A DNA stretch of 64,000 bases from assembly GCA_032718475.1 (NCBI GenBank), contig JAUCBJ010001598.1:1-64000 (forward strand), given 5' to 3'. The notes under the pieces are model-generated. The model was not told where the DNA came from and did not search any database. It saw only the letters and a program-made list of their open reading frames with translations. The DNA comes from Nemertoderma westbladi (taxonomy: Eukaryota; Animalia; Xenacoelomorpha). Below, one piece after another: positions 12,375-24,512 of the stretch; within the stretch, counting starts at the first letter, position 1, and each line of letters opens with the position of its first letter. Made by a program: the position numbers and the translations under genes.

Positions 12375-12804
12375 TTCTTTAACTATTATTTTATATTCTC
12401 TATATTTTTTATGTATTTATTTCTTAGCGTAAACTTTAATTTGATGTTGTTGAAGTCATTGGGTATTTTATTGTTGCATAGCCATAATATTCCAGCCATA
12501 TTGGTGCCACGATGTAGTTTTATTAATAATTAATTAGTCATCAAATATAACTAACTCACGATTCTACCGTTGATTACGTCATTGTTGTAGGAATTATTAT
12601 TTTTGGTTATATATCGTTGAATTTCAAGTTGATTAAAATGGGTTGGTGAATAGCTGACTAATGAGCTTTAATTTAATTATATTGCTCTGGAAGCGCCTGT
12701 AAATAGCCCCTCTTCAACAAGTCAACAGACATTCAACCATTGACTGTTTTTGCTGACGGGGCTCTGTCGAACAACGCGTCCCGGATAGCAGTAAAGGGGG
12801 TGGT

Positions 12805-13758
12805 CTCTTTATGAGGGGTGAATGTCTGACCCACAACTATACTTCCCTTAGAAGAACCTGGTCTCCATTTAGCTACGACCATAAGGATGCGTCCTGTAGT
12901 GTCCTGTTAAAACATTCATTCCGAAACGAAAACTCCCCTTTAGGGGCTCGACGTTGTTAGTGTTTGTAAAAACGTATTTAAACTCATTGTAAATTCATCG
13001 TTAAACTTATAATAATATTAGCGATGAGAAGACTTTATAGTTTATATCAAAATCTTTTAGCTCCCTGTTGAATCCGTCTTTCCTATTGAATCCGTCTTTC
13101 CGCTCTCTGTTTTTAACATAATGAATTGGTTCATTCATATTGGTTCATATGAATCACATTGATTTCAAATCTCCTTGGTTTGTTGTGATATATTATCAAA
13201 TTATACTACTATTATTTTTTGTGATAAGATTAAGATTCTCCCAACAACGACCTGATAATATACACTGTTATATTGTGATGTTTATACACTCTTTATGAGG
13301 GGTGAATGTCTGACCCACAACTATACTTCCCTTAGAAGAACCTGGTCTCCATTTAGCTGCGACCATAAGGATGCGTCCTGTAGTGTCCTGTTAAAACATT
13401 CATTCCGAAACGAAAACTCCCCTTTAGGGGCTCGACGTTGTATGTTAGTGTTTGTAAAAACGTATTTAAACTCATTGTAAATTCATCGTTAAACTTATAA
13501 TAATATTAGTGATGAGAAGACTTTATAGTTTATATCAAAATCTTTTAGCTCCCTATTGAATCCGTCTTTCCGCTCTCTGATTTTAACATAATGAATTGGT
13601 TCATTCATATTGGTTCATATGAATCACATTGATTTCAAATCTCCTTGGTTTGTTGTGATATATTATCAAATTATACTACTATTATTTTTTGTGATAAGAT
13701 TAAGATTCTCCCAACAACGACCTGATAATATACACTGTTATATTGTGATGTTTATACA
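12805..13758. repeat. Recent head-to-tail duplication (copy 1 12805-13288, copy 2 13289-13758)
   Basis: ctctttatgaggggtgaatg...tattgtgatgtttataca occurs twice, nearly identical apart from small indels. Confidence 0.92.
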
Positions 13759-14006
13759 GATTAATAATACGTAAAATATAATAGATAAAATAAATAAAAA
13801 AAAAAAAAATAAAAAAAAATAAATATAATAGAATACGTAAAATAACTGGATAAAATTGTGTATTCCATAAAAAAAACGTTTCCGAAATAACTCCTTGTCG
13901 TTAGTTTTCACAGCAAAACAAGTTAAATATAAACATTAGACTGTCTATACAAAGATGGCCTGATGCTTTTAAAATTAATAAATAAATATAATGAATGGCC
14001 TCTAGT

Positions 14007-16999
14007 CGTCAGTATTTTTTCAAAACCCCATAAACACCATTGACCTCATTTTTCATAAACAGAAAAAAACACCTAGAAAAATCTGAAATTAGTGAAATAG
14101 ATCCAAACAAGTCTCAGTGAATTATAAATTTAATTATCGATTTGATAAAATAAAAGTAAAGTATACAAAATTGCATTAAATTTGTTTAATTAATAAATTT
14201 GGCGTTTATGTTGTTTTGAAAAAATTGCTTATATATAAATTGTATTGAAAGCATTGTTTTTCAAAACAACACAAATGCCATGTTTCGCAATGATAGATAT
14301 TTTTTTTATCATTATGCGCCAATGAATAAAACTAATATTACATAGGTCAGTAAGGGATATCAAGAATACATTTTTTAGATCAATTCAAATATTTCAAAAA
14401 TATAAGAGTGTAGACAATTGATATTTCAATTCTTAAAAGTCAGAATCCTCCTCATCTGTTTCATTCAACCTATCCGGGACAGAGTTGAGTGAGACCATTC
14501 GTTCATATTCTGAGCAATAAGAAGGTGGAATTACTCCATTTCTGCAGAGTTTCATTAAATCGTTGTACTTTGCAGTGGAGATGGCAACTGGGTGCTAATA
14601 AGCAATCTCAGGAAGGAACGTTATCAGAAGGCCGACCGCGCCTCTGACGTACGATAATAGAATGTTCAACAGCATTACTTTGAGCCGACTCTGTATAAAA
14701 AATACTAATCTTCCCAGAAGAGTTCTCTTTTACAAACTTCACATTTCGAATCTGGCTCCACCCCACTTTTTCGCCGATCTCATTGACATTGTTTTTGAAT
14801 TCAGGATTCTTATCCCAAGAGAAAATATTATCACGACCCATCTTTACTGTTTCATATGGAAATGGTGTATGACGCGCCATACGGATAACTGTTGGCCATT
14901 CAGAAGGTCCCCAGACAGCCTTATGCTTAACAAACGTTTCAATTGTAGAATGAACAGAGTCAACTGGCATCTCAGTGTGACCTGGTAGCAGGAAAGTAAT
15001 GGATATGGTTAAGATGTTAGTAAAATGGCTCAATACCTGGAATAAGGCTGACAAAACCATTCGATTCTTGTTCTGCCCGCTGGTAGAATCACAAAATAGA
15101 TGAACCTCCTTAACAATACAAAGATTTTCTACATCATTTAGGTACTTATACAAGACCGATGCGACTTCATTATATCCACGTTTTCCATCACATTCTCCCC
15201 ACAGAAAACATATGCCCCTCTGAGTATGGCTTTCATAAACGGTCTCATTATAATAGGCATACCTTCGAGAATATCCTACAAGCATTGAATCAGTATGTGG
15301 AGTGTTCAGTACTTTCTGTAGGTCGAAACTCGCGCAACGAAATCCTGGATCTGTTCGCTCCTGTGCAGTTGTAAAGACAACACCAACGGCCTCCTTTTCT
15401 TCGTTATGAGTTTTACTCATGTCATCACTAATTTCCTTCCTTTTGTGCTGCATGCACAAATTGCACTTGTCTTTCTTTGGCATATGGATTCCAAGGTTGA
15501 AATCTTTAAAATAAACACTCCTGAATGTTCCAAACTTAGCACCCCTTGGCTTCTCTCTCTTGTACATCCGATACAGATTTTTCATGCTTCTAACGTCTTT
15601 GGGGAGGTACTTTCGAGAATAATTTTTTCTACAATAGTGTGAAGGTAGGGCCGGCAACTCCCCAATCCAATCCCTGACATCATTTCTTTTGGATTCAGAA
15701 ATAATGTTATGTCTCCCGCCCCTTCCAATTGTTGGCATTGTGGTGCCCCCACTTATTGATTTCTTCTTCGATATAGTACGAAGTTCCTCGGCCGTAACAT
15801 CTAATGTGCATTCTAGAAATTTCTTGCAAACTTGTTTCCTATGGCCACCCCTCAACGCGATAGAATAGGTCATTGTCTGATTGCGTACCGGTGTATCATT
15901 ACCATTACGATGTCGTCGAACTTGAGACACTTCAACACATGATGCAAGGTATGCACGCTGATCGATTATTGTGGGACAGGAATAGTATTCAGTGAACACT
16001 TGTTGCCGCAAATTCTCTGGAATTTTATTTCACTGACGCAAGCACGAACTTTTGCATGGGACCGGGCGAATCTTTTTTTCAACATGAACCTTCCCCTTTG
16101 AGGAAACAAAGGATAATCCTCTCAAACGAGCATCCTTGCGGCTTCCAGTCTCATATGGAAACTTGGACTTCTTTGCATTGGGATTTCCAACCACAGCACC
16201 AACCACACCCGTAGAAAGAACAGCCGAAGGTGTAGAATCCTTAAAACCTGGAAAAAAGTCATCAGAGCTACTGGAATCTGAAGGAACATAGCTACTCCCT
16301 TCATAGTCATATTCTGGATCCACATCTGAATTTGCTGGTTCCACCTCAGTAAAATTGACAACTACCAAATCATCCTGTTGGGCTTCCAGATTCCCACTTT
16401 CTGCACTCATGGTATCAACCATTATTGAAGATACATCGTCATTTACAACATCCCCCTCTTTATTCACAAGTATTTCAAGAAGTTCTAAATCCAGAGTCTC
16501 TTCCATTGTTTCAGGGCAATGTATAGCATGTACGAAAAACCGCAGAAATTAATATGCAGTATACCTGTACCTGTACCTGTACCTGTATATATACAGCTAT
16601 TAATAGGTAGTCCAAATCAGCTGGGTGTCTATTTGAGAGAAAACCATGTTACTAATTGCTTGTTGGCTAAAAAAAATAGCTGAGTACAATGTGCTCCCAG
16701 GTAGGTTCCGTCATTTGTGGTGTTTTAAATTGAATTATAACTGTCCATTTGGCGTTTGTGTGGTTTTTGAAAAATAAAATAGCATCTCATAGACTTTGTC
16801 ATTTGTGGGGTTTTGAAAAAACCATTCCCTGGAGAATGGCGATTGTGTGGTTAACAATTTGTCATATAATGTTAATTCCACCAATGGTAGCCCTATAAAA
16901 TGTTTAGAATAACTGCGGATTATTGTCTAGTATAACGTGACACACATATCTCATTTTTGACAAAAATGTCGTTTGTGGGGTTTTGAAAAAATACCGACG
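14007..16999 (-). mobile_element. About 3-kb cut-and-paste DNA transposon, Sola-like, with about 29-bp TIRs and subterminal repeats
   Basis: cgtcagtattttttcaaaaccccataaac (14007-14035) matches the reverse complement of 16971-16999. Internal gtg.ggttttgaaaaa repeats near both ends. Encloses a transposase. No clean TSD seen. Confidence 0.75.
14433..16506 (-). pseudogene. Disrupted DDD/E transposase (Sola-like)
   Basis: Motifs SHYCR, PKKDKCNLC, FDLQKVLNTP, WGECDGKRGYNEVAS, FCDSTSGQNKN, GHTEMPVDSVHSTIE. An in-frame TGA at 16030-16032 separates ORFs 16030-16506 and 14608-16011. A frameshift and stop near 14600 precede the tail ISTAKYNDLMKLC...DSDF*. Confidence 0.8.
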
Positions 17000-17500
17000 C
17001 TATATCAGTACCTAATTCACTCCCAGAAAATTCTGGTGAGTAAATTTACATTATACTGTAGGCCTAGTTTATAAACGTTAGCGCAATAGGCCTACTGTAG
17101 ATCTATTTATGTCTCATCATTGTCATCATAGTGCAATTTAGGCCTACAGTAGCGTGTTTATTGCCAAATATCTGTATGCATATAGTATACAGTAAGTTGC
17201 GCTACGCTAGGGATAATGTCAACCAATCAAACTTGTTGCACTACCAAGAACTTAGGTGCTGAGTGTAGGCGGCGGCCTACTGGTTAGTGGTGGTGGGTTT
17301 TTGGTGGGAATCACCAAAAATCCAAAGCGATCTATCGCAGGTAGGTGAACGAAAAATTGCGAACTAATATCTCAGCTCAGGTCTATTTAAGCGCAATAAT
17401 TATCGCTACCAGAGAAAGCAAAAATATTAAATAAATCTGTTATTAAAAAGTATAATTTCAAATTTTGGTTATAAAAGTATAAGTAGTAAGTCGAGACACA

Positions 17501-17566
17501 ATGGCTAAATTTTGTTTTATTATTTTTGCTAGTTTAGCAATACTATGTGCATTATTTGTTAATATG
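17501..17566 (+). CDS. IL-17-like secreted cystine-knot protein, exon 1 (signal peptide)
   Basis: ATG...MAKFCFIIFASLAILCALFVNM followed by a perfect phase-0 donor GTAAGT, in frame with the exon at 18273. Confidence 0.75.
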
Positions 17567-18272
17567 GTAAGTTATTTTTATATATTCAATAATAGTGATC
17601 ACTGATCGCCCCGCAATTAGGCGTCGTAAATTTCTCAATTTGTGTAGATTTATGAACGCCTTAGTAAAATCTATTGAACATTTCAGTTAGCTTTTCCATG
17701 TTTTCACTTCAATTGCTTGCTATGCTCTGTAGTATTTATTGTTCGGCTTTGCATGGTGTTAAATCTTAAAACGTATGTAACAAATTTATAAAAATTTAAT
17801 ATTAAACCGCTTTAAACCATAATTATTGACTTCATTGTTTGAAAATTAGCACATTACCGCTTTTTTCGCTCTCGAGTATGAATCTATGTGCGAGCGAGCG
17901 CAATGAGTGAGGTACTGCTTATAAATCAATGAGGGTTTGGATTCCTACACTGTATAAATACCAAATGTAGGCCTATGCTTTAATTCATATGAAAATAAAG
18001 TGTTCTTCTTTGGTTAAAGTTTGCGTTGATACTGCAGTAGGCCTATAATACTGTGTAAGTGAAGAACAATATTATGATGACGCAGTGGGCCTATTAGCCT
18101 TTCATTGAAAGTTAGTAGATTTGTTGTTGCTACTGGATTTGTGTTTCACATGCCAGAAATGTCTTAAACACTATTTTAAAACATGTAACCGATTGTGCTG
18201 CACTTCAATAAAATTAATACTTCCGTGAAAATTTGTTAATTATCTTTTAAATTTGTTAATATTTTCTCCTAG

Positions 18273-18725
18273 GTTGCATCGGTACCGAACCCAGAGAATT
18301 GCAACATCACTTCTCATTGCGTCAATCCGAGACCATCGACTTCTGGTTCAAATGCGGACATCCCATTGGCTATGAGCAACCGAACGAAACGTTCGATTGG
18401 TGGACCGTCAGACAACCGGCCCTGTCCCTTTAAATGGAACCCTACGTATAATGGCCATAGGTTCCCGACAGAAATAAAATATGCGGAACTGGATTGTAGC
18501 GGTAGTACCGATTGCGGACATTGTGAGTACTTAGAGAAACAACACGGTAACAGTTGGTACCGTTGGCAAGGGTACTGCACATCAGTAGTGTACCCGGTGC
18601 GGGTACGAGAGTGTCTGGGATGTGAGGATGATGGAACCGAGGTGTACCACACTGGCTGGGAACCGGTACCGGTAGCGTTTGTGTGCCAGGGAACACACAA
18701 GGAGTCTATCACTATAACTTACTAG
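18273..18725 (+). CDS. IL-17-like secreted cystine-knot protein, exon 2 (about 172 aa total)
   Basis: Acceptor ttttctcctag|. RPCPFKW...HRFPTEIKYA...CTSVVYPVRV...Y...EPVPVAFVC follows the IL-17 pattern RSxCPW..RYPxxI.xAxC..V.VGCTC. RTKR convertase site. AATAAA at 18863. Confidence 0.7.
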   Translation, partial: VASVPNPENCNITSHCVNPRPSTSGSNADIPLAMSNRTKRSIGGPSDNRPCPFKWNPTYNGHRFPTEIKYAELDCSGSTDCGHCEYLEKQHGNSWYRWQGYCTSVVYPVRVRECLGCEDDGTEVYHTGWEPVPVAFVCQGTHKESITITY

Positions 18726-20015
18726 CGCAATATTACAGTATTAACGATAACTTAAGACTGCGATTATATTAGATATTAATCAAAATATGACAATTTCTCT
18801 GAAAGCGAGATATGGTACCTATGATGTCTTTTACATAATTATTTTTTTACTTTACACTGGAGAATAAACTTACTATGTTGAAACATTTTTAGGCCCACTG
18901 TATTGAGAGCATATGTTTATTTAATACTGTAGGGCAACTCTACTGTATGCAAGATATTTTGTGCTTTAAGTGTTTTGTAGAGCATTATGTGCTGTACTGT
19001 AGGTTTAATTATTAAAAGCCTATGTGTCATTTATATTTTGTAATTTTTATTAAGTTCATATTTCTTAATTGTATGCGACATATTTTATGCCTGTCCTTTA
19101 CTTTTGGATTAACATATGTTGTTTCACCTATATTTTACATACATTTTTGTACTGAATGTTTATTGAATGGATACAACTTCTACTGTTTCTTAGTCTCTAT
19201 CTGGCAGCGTTGGTTATTGAATAGTAGGCCTACTATATGTAATACTGTAGATAGATTAAAATATAATTAAGATAAATACACCAGCAATAAATTATTCAGT
19301 TTCTTTGTTTACTGAAAGCCAAATTCATGCAATTGAGTCTTCATGATATTTTGTAGGCCTATGTTTCGTTTAAATTGCTTTATAGAAATATTTGAATTTT
19401 ATTGTAACTACTGTACTTGTTATTTGTTATGTAACCAATTAATCTTTGTTTAATTATTCTGTGCTTAACTAACATTAATAGCAATACCATGTTACCAAGG
19501 TTACGTTAAATGTATCGTTTTGTTATCACATGGTACATAAAGTTCGGTGGCCTAATCAATTTAATATTATTGCAATATTAGTTTTATACAAAAACTGTTT
19601 GTGTTGCTTATCATTGCTTATACACCCCACTACTGTACTGTATAATAATACACTGCGACTGCATCATTTCATTTCATCTTATTTTGTATTTCTTATTGTA
19701 TGGTATTTTGTTTGGGGATATTTTTAAATTTTGTTGGTAAATTTATTTTATTTTGTTGGAAATTTAACTTATTTTAAATGGAGTTAATATTTTAAATCTT
19801 CCAATTTTTTGACAAATTATATGTCTATTGTTTTCCTTAATCATATTTCACTGAATAAAATAAGCTATATAGGTATAAATCCTCCGGGAGAAAATCAATT
19901 ACTGCTGGTGTATCGAATATCGAAATTGATTCCATTGTAATGGAAAAAAATACTGTACAATAATTAATTATCATATTTCAGCAGTAAGCCGATATGTAAA
20001 TTACAAATTAATTGT

Positions 20016-20174
20016 TCACTTGGTAAACCGTTGGACATTCTTATATTCCAGGAAGTCGTTTATTGTTTCTGCACATCTGTTAGCGTTTTGTGTTTTGGCA
20101 TCTTGCAGAGAGGCGAAAAAGTCCTGTACCTCTTCGGAATGCTTTTTGTGTTGTTTCAGTCCGTATTCAAAAAG
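20016..20174 (-). pseudogene. DRC3: Exon of dynein regulatory complex subunit 3 (DRC3/LRRC48), probably a partial or pseudogenic copy
   Basis: Minus-strand acceptor ttttccctttag| followed by LFEYGLKQHKKHSEEVQDFFASLQDAKTQNANRCAETINDFLEYK, resembling human DRC3 IFEYGLKQQEKRKTELDTFSECVREAIQEN as recalled. No strong donor; runs to a TGA. Not in the ORF track. Confidence 0.7.
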
Positions 20175-20268
20175 CTAAAGGGAAAATTGTAATTAAACTT
20201 TCCTACAAGAATCAGATGTGCGTATTTCATACCTTGGCAAAAGAACTTACTGTGACTTACTTACTTAC

Positions 20269-21036
20269 GGTTAACTTACTGTACGTGTAAAGGGTTAACT
20301 TACTGTACGTGTAAATGGTTAACTTACTGTACGTGTAAAGGGTTAACTTACTGTACGTGTAAAGGGTTAGTGTAAAGGGTTAACTTACTGTACGTGTAAA
20401 GGGTTAACTTACTGTACGTGTAAAGGGCTAACTTACTGTACGTGTAAAGGGTTAACTTACTGTACGTGTAAAGGGTTAACTTACTGTACGTGTAAAGGGT
20501 TAACTTACTGTACGTGTAAAGGGTTAACTTACTGTACGTGTAAAGGGTTAACTTACTGTACGTGTAAAGGGCTAACTTACTGTACGTGTAAAGGGTTAAC
20601 TTACTGTACGTGTAAAGGGTTAACTTACTGTACGTGCAAAGGGTTAACTTACTGTACGTGTAAAGGCTTAACTTACTGTACGTGTAAAGGGTTAACTTAC
20701 TGTACTTGTAAAGGGTTAACTTACTGTACGTGTAAAGGGTTAACTTACTGTACGTGTAAAGGGTTAACTTACTGTACGTGTAAAGGGTTAACTTACTGTA
20801 CGTGTAAAGGGTTAACTTACTGTACGTGTAAAGGGTTAACTTACTGTACGTGTAAAGGGCTAACTTACTGTAGGTGTAAAGGGTTAACATACTGTACGTG
20901 TAAAGGATTAACTTACTGTACGTGTAAAGGGTTAACTTACTGTACGTGTAAAGGGCTAACTTACTGTACGTGTAAAGGGTTAACTTACTGTACGTGTAAA
21001 GGGTTAACTTACTGTACGTGTAAAGGGTTAACTTAC
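20269..21036. repeat. 24-bp minisatellite (gggttaacttactgtacgtgtaaa, about 32 copies)
   Basis: Period 24 is directly visible. The minus strand reads CA|GTAAGT once per unit. Confidence 0.97.
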
Positions 21037-21204
21037 AGGCGGCAATGTGAATGAAAATGTCGGAGTTACAATCTTGATACAGAATTAAGTAAAATGATTT
21101 ACTGAATTTAAGTACTTGTGTAGGCCTATAGATACTAGATTACTTCTTGAATTTCTTCTCTTTGAACGCCTCCATTGGTTCCTCCCTACCTGTATAGATA
21201 TCCT

Positions 21205-22061
21205 AGTACTACTAGGATTGGTATGATGCATTGCAACTGCATTTTCAAGAATGCTGTGCCGGCCTGCCGACAAAATCGCGCCGCCACAACTCCCTATCAC
21301 CCATGACATTTGCTAGATCGTCCGCATCTTCAAGGCCAGTTTCCTTGAAGATGCGTCGCAAGAAAGTCATGGGCTGTCCACCATGCTTACTCACTCCATG
21401 AGGCCGCCGAAGCACAATATTATGCACTGGCTGGTCCTCACGGCGAAAACAATGTCCTGCAAAGCGGAGGCGACTTTGTTCTAGTGTCAAGCTTGGGGGA
21501 ACCAATGCGACACCTCCAATGTTATATAGTGTCTGGTTGGAGATGTGTGCAATGCACTTGACACAGTGAACCCGACGTAGCATTCTTGTGAATGTGCCAT
21601 CCAGAGATTTGGTGTCCTCAGCAGTTAGAGCCCAGCATGGCCTCCCATAGAGGAGTACAGGAACTACTGGTGCTCTAAATAATCGGATCTTAAGTTTCCG
21701 ATTAATTCTCTGTGACTTCCAAATCCTGGAAAGCCTTTTCAAAGCTGCCCGGCCATGCCTTTCCCTTACGTATTCGAAAGTGAATATGGGTATGCTGACT
21801 TCCGGATCCATGATCCCAGGTAACATAAGTCGTCCACATGCTCAAGCATACCATCATTTGAGCTTATGCTCATCCGGGCAGAGACTTGCTGAGAACTTTC
21901 AAAGTTAACTGTCAAAATGTTGGTCTTATTGGAGTTAATAAAAAGACCCACACTACAGTAGAAGCAGCTTGTTCTAATGAGCTGAGGAGCCTTTGGGCTA
22001 CCTCTAGTGATTCTGAGAGTACTCCTAAGTCATCAGCAAAGTCTAGATCAGTTAGGTACTT
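21205..22061 (-). mobile_element. 5'-truncated RTE-clade LINE fragment (RT C-terminus and 3' end), degraded
   Basis: YLTDLDFADD, CYLGSWI and RLRFAGHCFRR motifs. Paralogous to 25150-25990. (TAG)n tail at about 21205-21215. Contains frameshifts. Confidence 0.9.
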
Positions 22062-24512
22062 TATCCTTATACACGTTTCTTTGACCTCCTCCAATGGTTC
22101 CTCCCTACCGGTAAAGATATACTAGTACAAATTTCTTTGACCTCCTCTAGTGGTTCCTCCTTACCGGTATAGATATACTAGTACACTTTTCTTTGAATCC
22201 TCCAGTGGTTCCTCCCTACCTGTATAGATATACTAGTACACTTTTCTTTGAAGGCCTCCAGTGGTTCCTCCATGCCTGTATAGATATTCTAGTACACTTT
22301 TCTTTGACCTCCTCCAGTGGTTCCTCCCTACCTGTATAGATATACTAGTACACTTTTCTTTGACCTCCTCCAGTGGTTCCTCCGTACCTGTATACAGTAG
22401 ATATACTAGTACACTTTTCTTTGACCTCCTCCAGTGGTTCCTCCCTACCTGTATAGATATACTAGTACACTGTTCTTTGACCTCCTCCAGTGGTTCCTCC
22501 CTACCTGTATAGATATACTAGTACACTTTTCTTTGACCTCCTCCAGTGGTTACTCCCTACCTGTATAGATATACTAGTACACTTTTCTTTGACCTCCTCC
22601 AGTGGTTCCTCCCTACCTGTATAGATATACTAGTACACTTTTCTTTGACCTCCTCCAGTGGTTCCTCCGTACCTGTATACAGTAGATATACTAGTACACT
22701 TTTCTTTGACCTCCTCCAGTGGTTCCTCCCTACCTGTATAGATATACTAGTACACTTTTCTTTGACCTCCTCCAGTGGTCCCTCCCTACCTGTATAGATA
22801 TACTAGTACACTTTTCTTTGACCTCCTCCAGTGGTTCCTCCCTACCTGTATAGATATACTAGTACACTTTTCTTTGACCTCCTCCAGTGGTTCCTCCCTA
22901 CCTGTATAGATATACTAGTACACTTTTCTTTGAAGGCCTCCAGTGGTTCCTCCCTACCTGTATAGATATACTAGTACACTTTTCTTTGAACTCCTCCAGT
23001 GGTTCCTCCCTACCTATATAGATATACTAGTACACTTTTCTTTGACCTCCTCCAGTGGTTCCTCAGTACCTGTATACAGTAGATATACTAGTACACTTTT
23101 CTTTGACCTCCTCCAGTGGTTCCTCCCTACCTGTATAGATATACTAGTACACTTTTCTTTGACCTCCTCCAGTGGTTCCTCCCTACCTGTATAGATATAC
23201 TAGTACACTTTTCTTTGAATCCTCCAGTGGTTCCTCCCTACCTGTATAGATATACTAGTACACTTTTCTTTGAAGGTCTCCAGTGGTTCCTTCCTACCTG
23301 TATAGATATACTAGTACACTTTTCTTTGAAGGTCTCCAGTGGTTCCTCCCTACCTGTATAGATGTACTAGTACACTTTTCTTTGAATCCTCCAGTGGTTC
23401 CTCCCTACCTGTATAGATATACTAGTACACTTTTCTTTGAAGGTCTCCAGTGGTTCCTCCCTACCTGTATAGATGTACTAGTACACTTTTCTTTGACCTC
23501 CTCCAGTGGTTCCTCCCTACCGGTATAGATAGATATACTAGTACACTTTTCTTTGAAGGCCTCCAGTGGTTCCTCCCTACTTGTATAGATATACTAGTAC
23601 ACTTTTCTTTGACCTCCTCCAGTGGTTCCTCCCTACCTGTATAGATATACTAGTACACTTTTCTTTGAATCCTCCAGTGGTTCCTCCCTACCTGTATAGA
23701 TATACTAGTACACTTTTCTTTGAAGGTCTCCAGTGGTTCCTCCCTACCTGTATAGATATACTAGTACACTTTTCTTTGACCTCCTCCAGTGGTTCCTCCC
23801 TACCTGTATAGATATACTAGTAGACTTTTCTTTGAATCCTCCAGTGGTTCCTCCCTACCTGTATAGATATACTAGTACACTTTTCTTTGAAGGTCTCCAG
23901 TGGTTCCTCCCTACCTGTATAGATGTACTAGTACACTTTTCTTTGACCTCCTCCAGTGGTTCCTCCCTACCTGTATAGATATACTAGTACACTTTTCTTT
24001 GACCTCCTCCAGTGGTTCCTCCCTACCTGTATAGATATACTAGTACACTTTTCTTTGAATCCTCCAGTGGTTCCTCCCTACCTGTATAGATATACTAGTA
24101 CACTTTTCTTTGAAGGCCTCCAGTGGTTCCTCGATGCCTGTATAGATATACTAGTACACTTTTCTTTGAAGGCCTCCAGTGGTTCCTCCCTACCTGTATA
24201 GATATACTAGTACACTTTTCTTTGAATCCTCCAGTGGTTCCTCCCTAGCTGTATAGATATACTAGTACACTTTTCTTTGACCTCCTCCAGTGGTTCCTCC
24301 CTACCTGTATAGATATACTAGTACACTTTTCTTTGACCTCCTCCAGTGGTTCCTCCCTACCTGTATAGATATACTAGTACACTTTTCTTTGAATCCTCCA
24401 GTGGTTCCTCCCTACCTGTATAGATATACTAGTACACTTTTCTTTGAAGGCCTCCAGTGGTTCCTCCATGCCTGTATAGATATACTAGTACACTTTTCTT
24501 TGACCTCCTCCA

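Noticed and set aside
17306-17477. kB-like site (GGGAATCACC) and TATA-like boxes upstream of the IL-17-like gene
   Set aside because: Imperfect short matches in AT-rich DNA that cannot be supported without TSS data.
19860-19950. Minus-strand peptide ...IDFLPEDLYL as a further DRC3 exon
   Set aside because: Only a 5-residue resemblance, with no convincing splice sites or spacing.
20348-20890. 180-aa (LTLYTYSK)n ORF
   Set aside because: It is a stop-free frame of a 24-bp minisatellite with no gene context.
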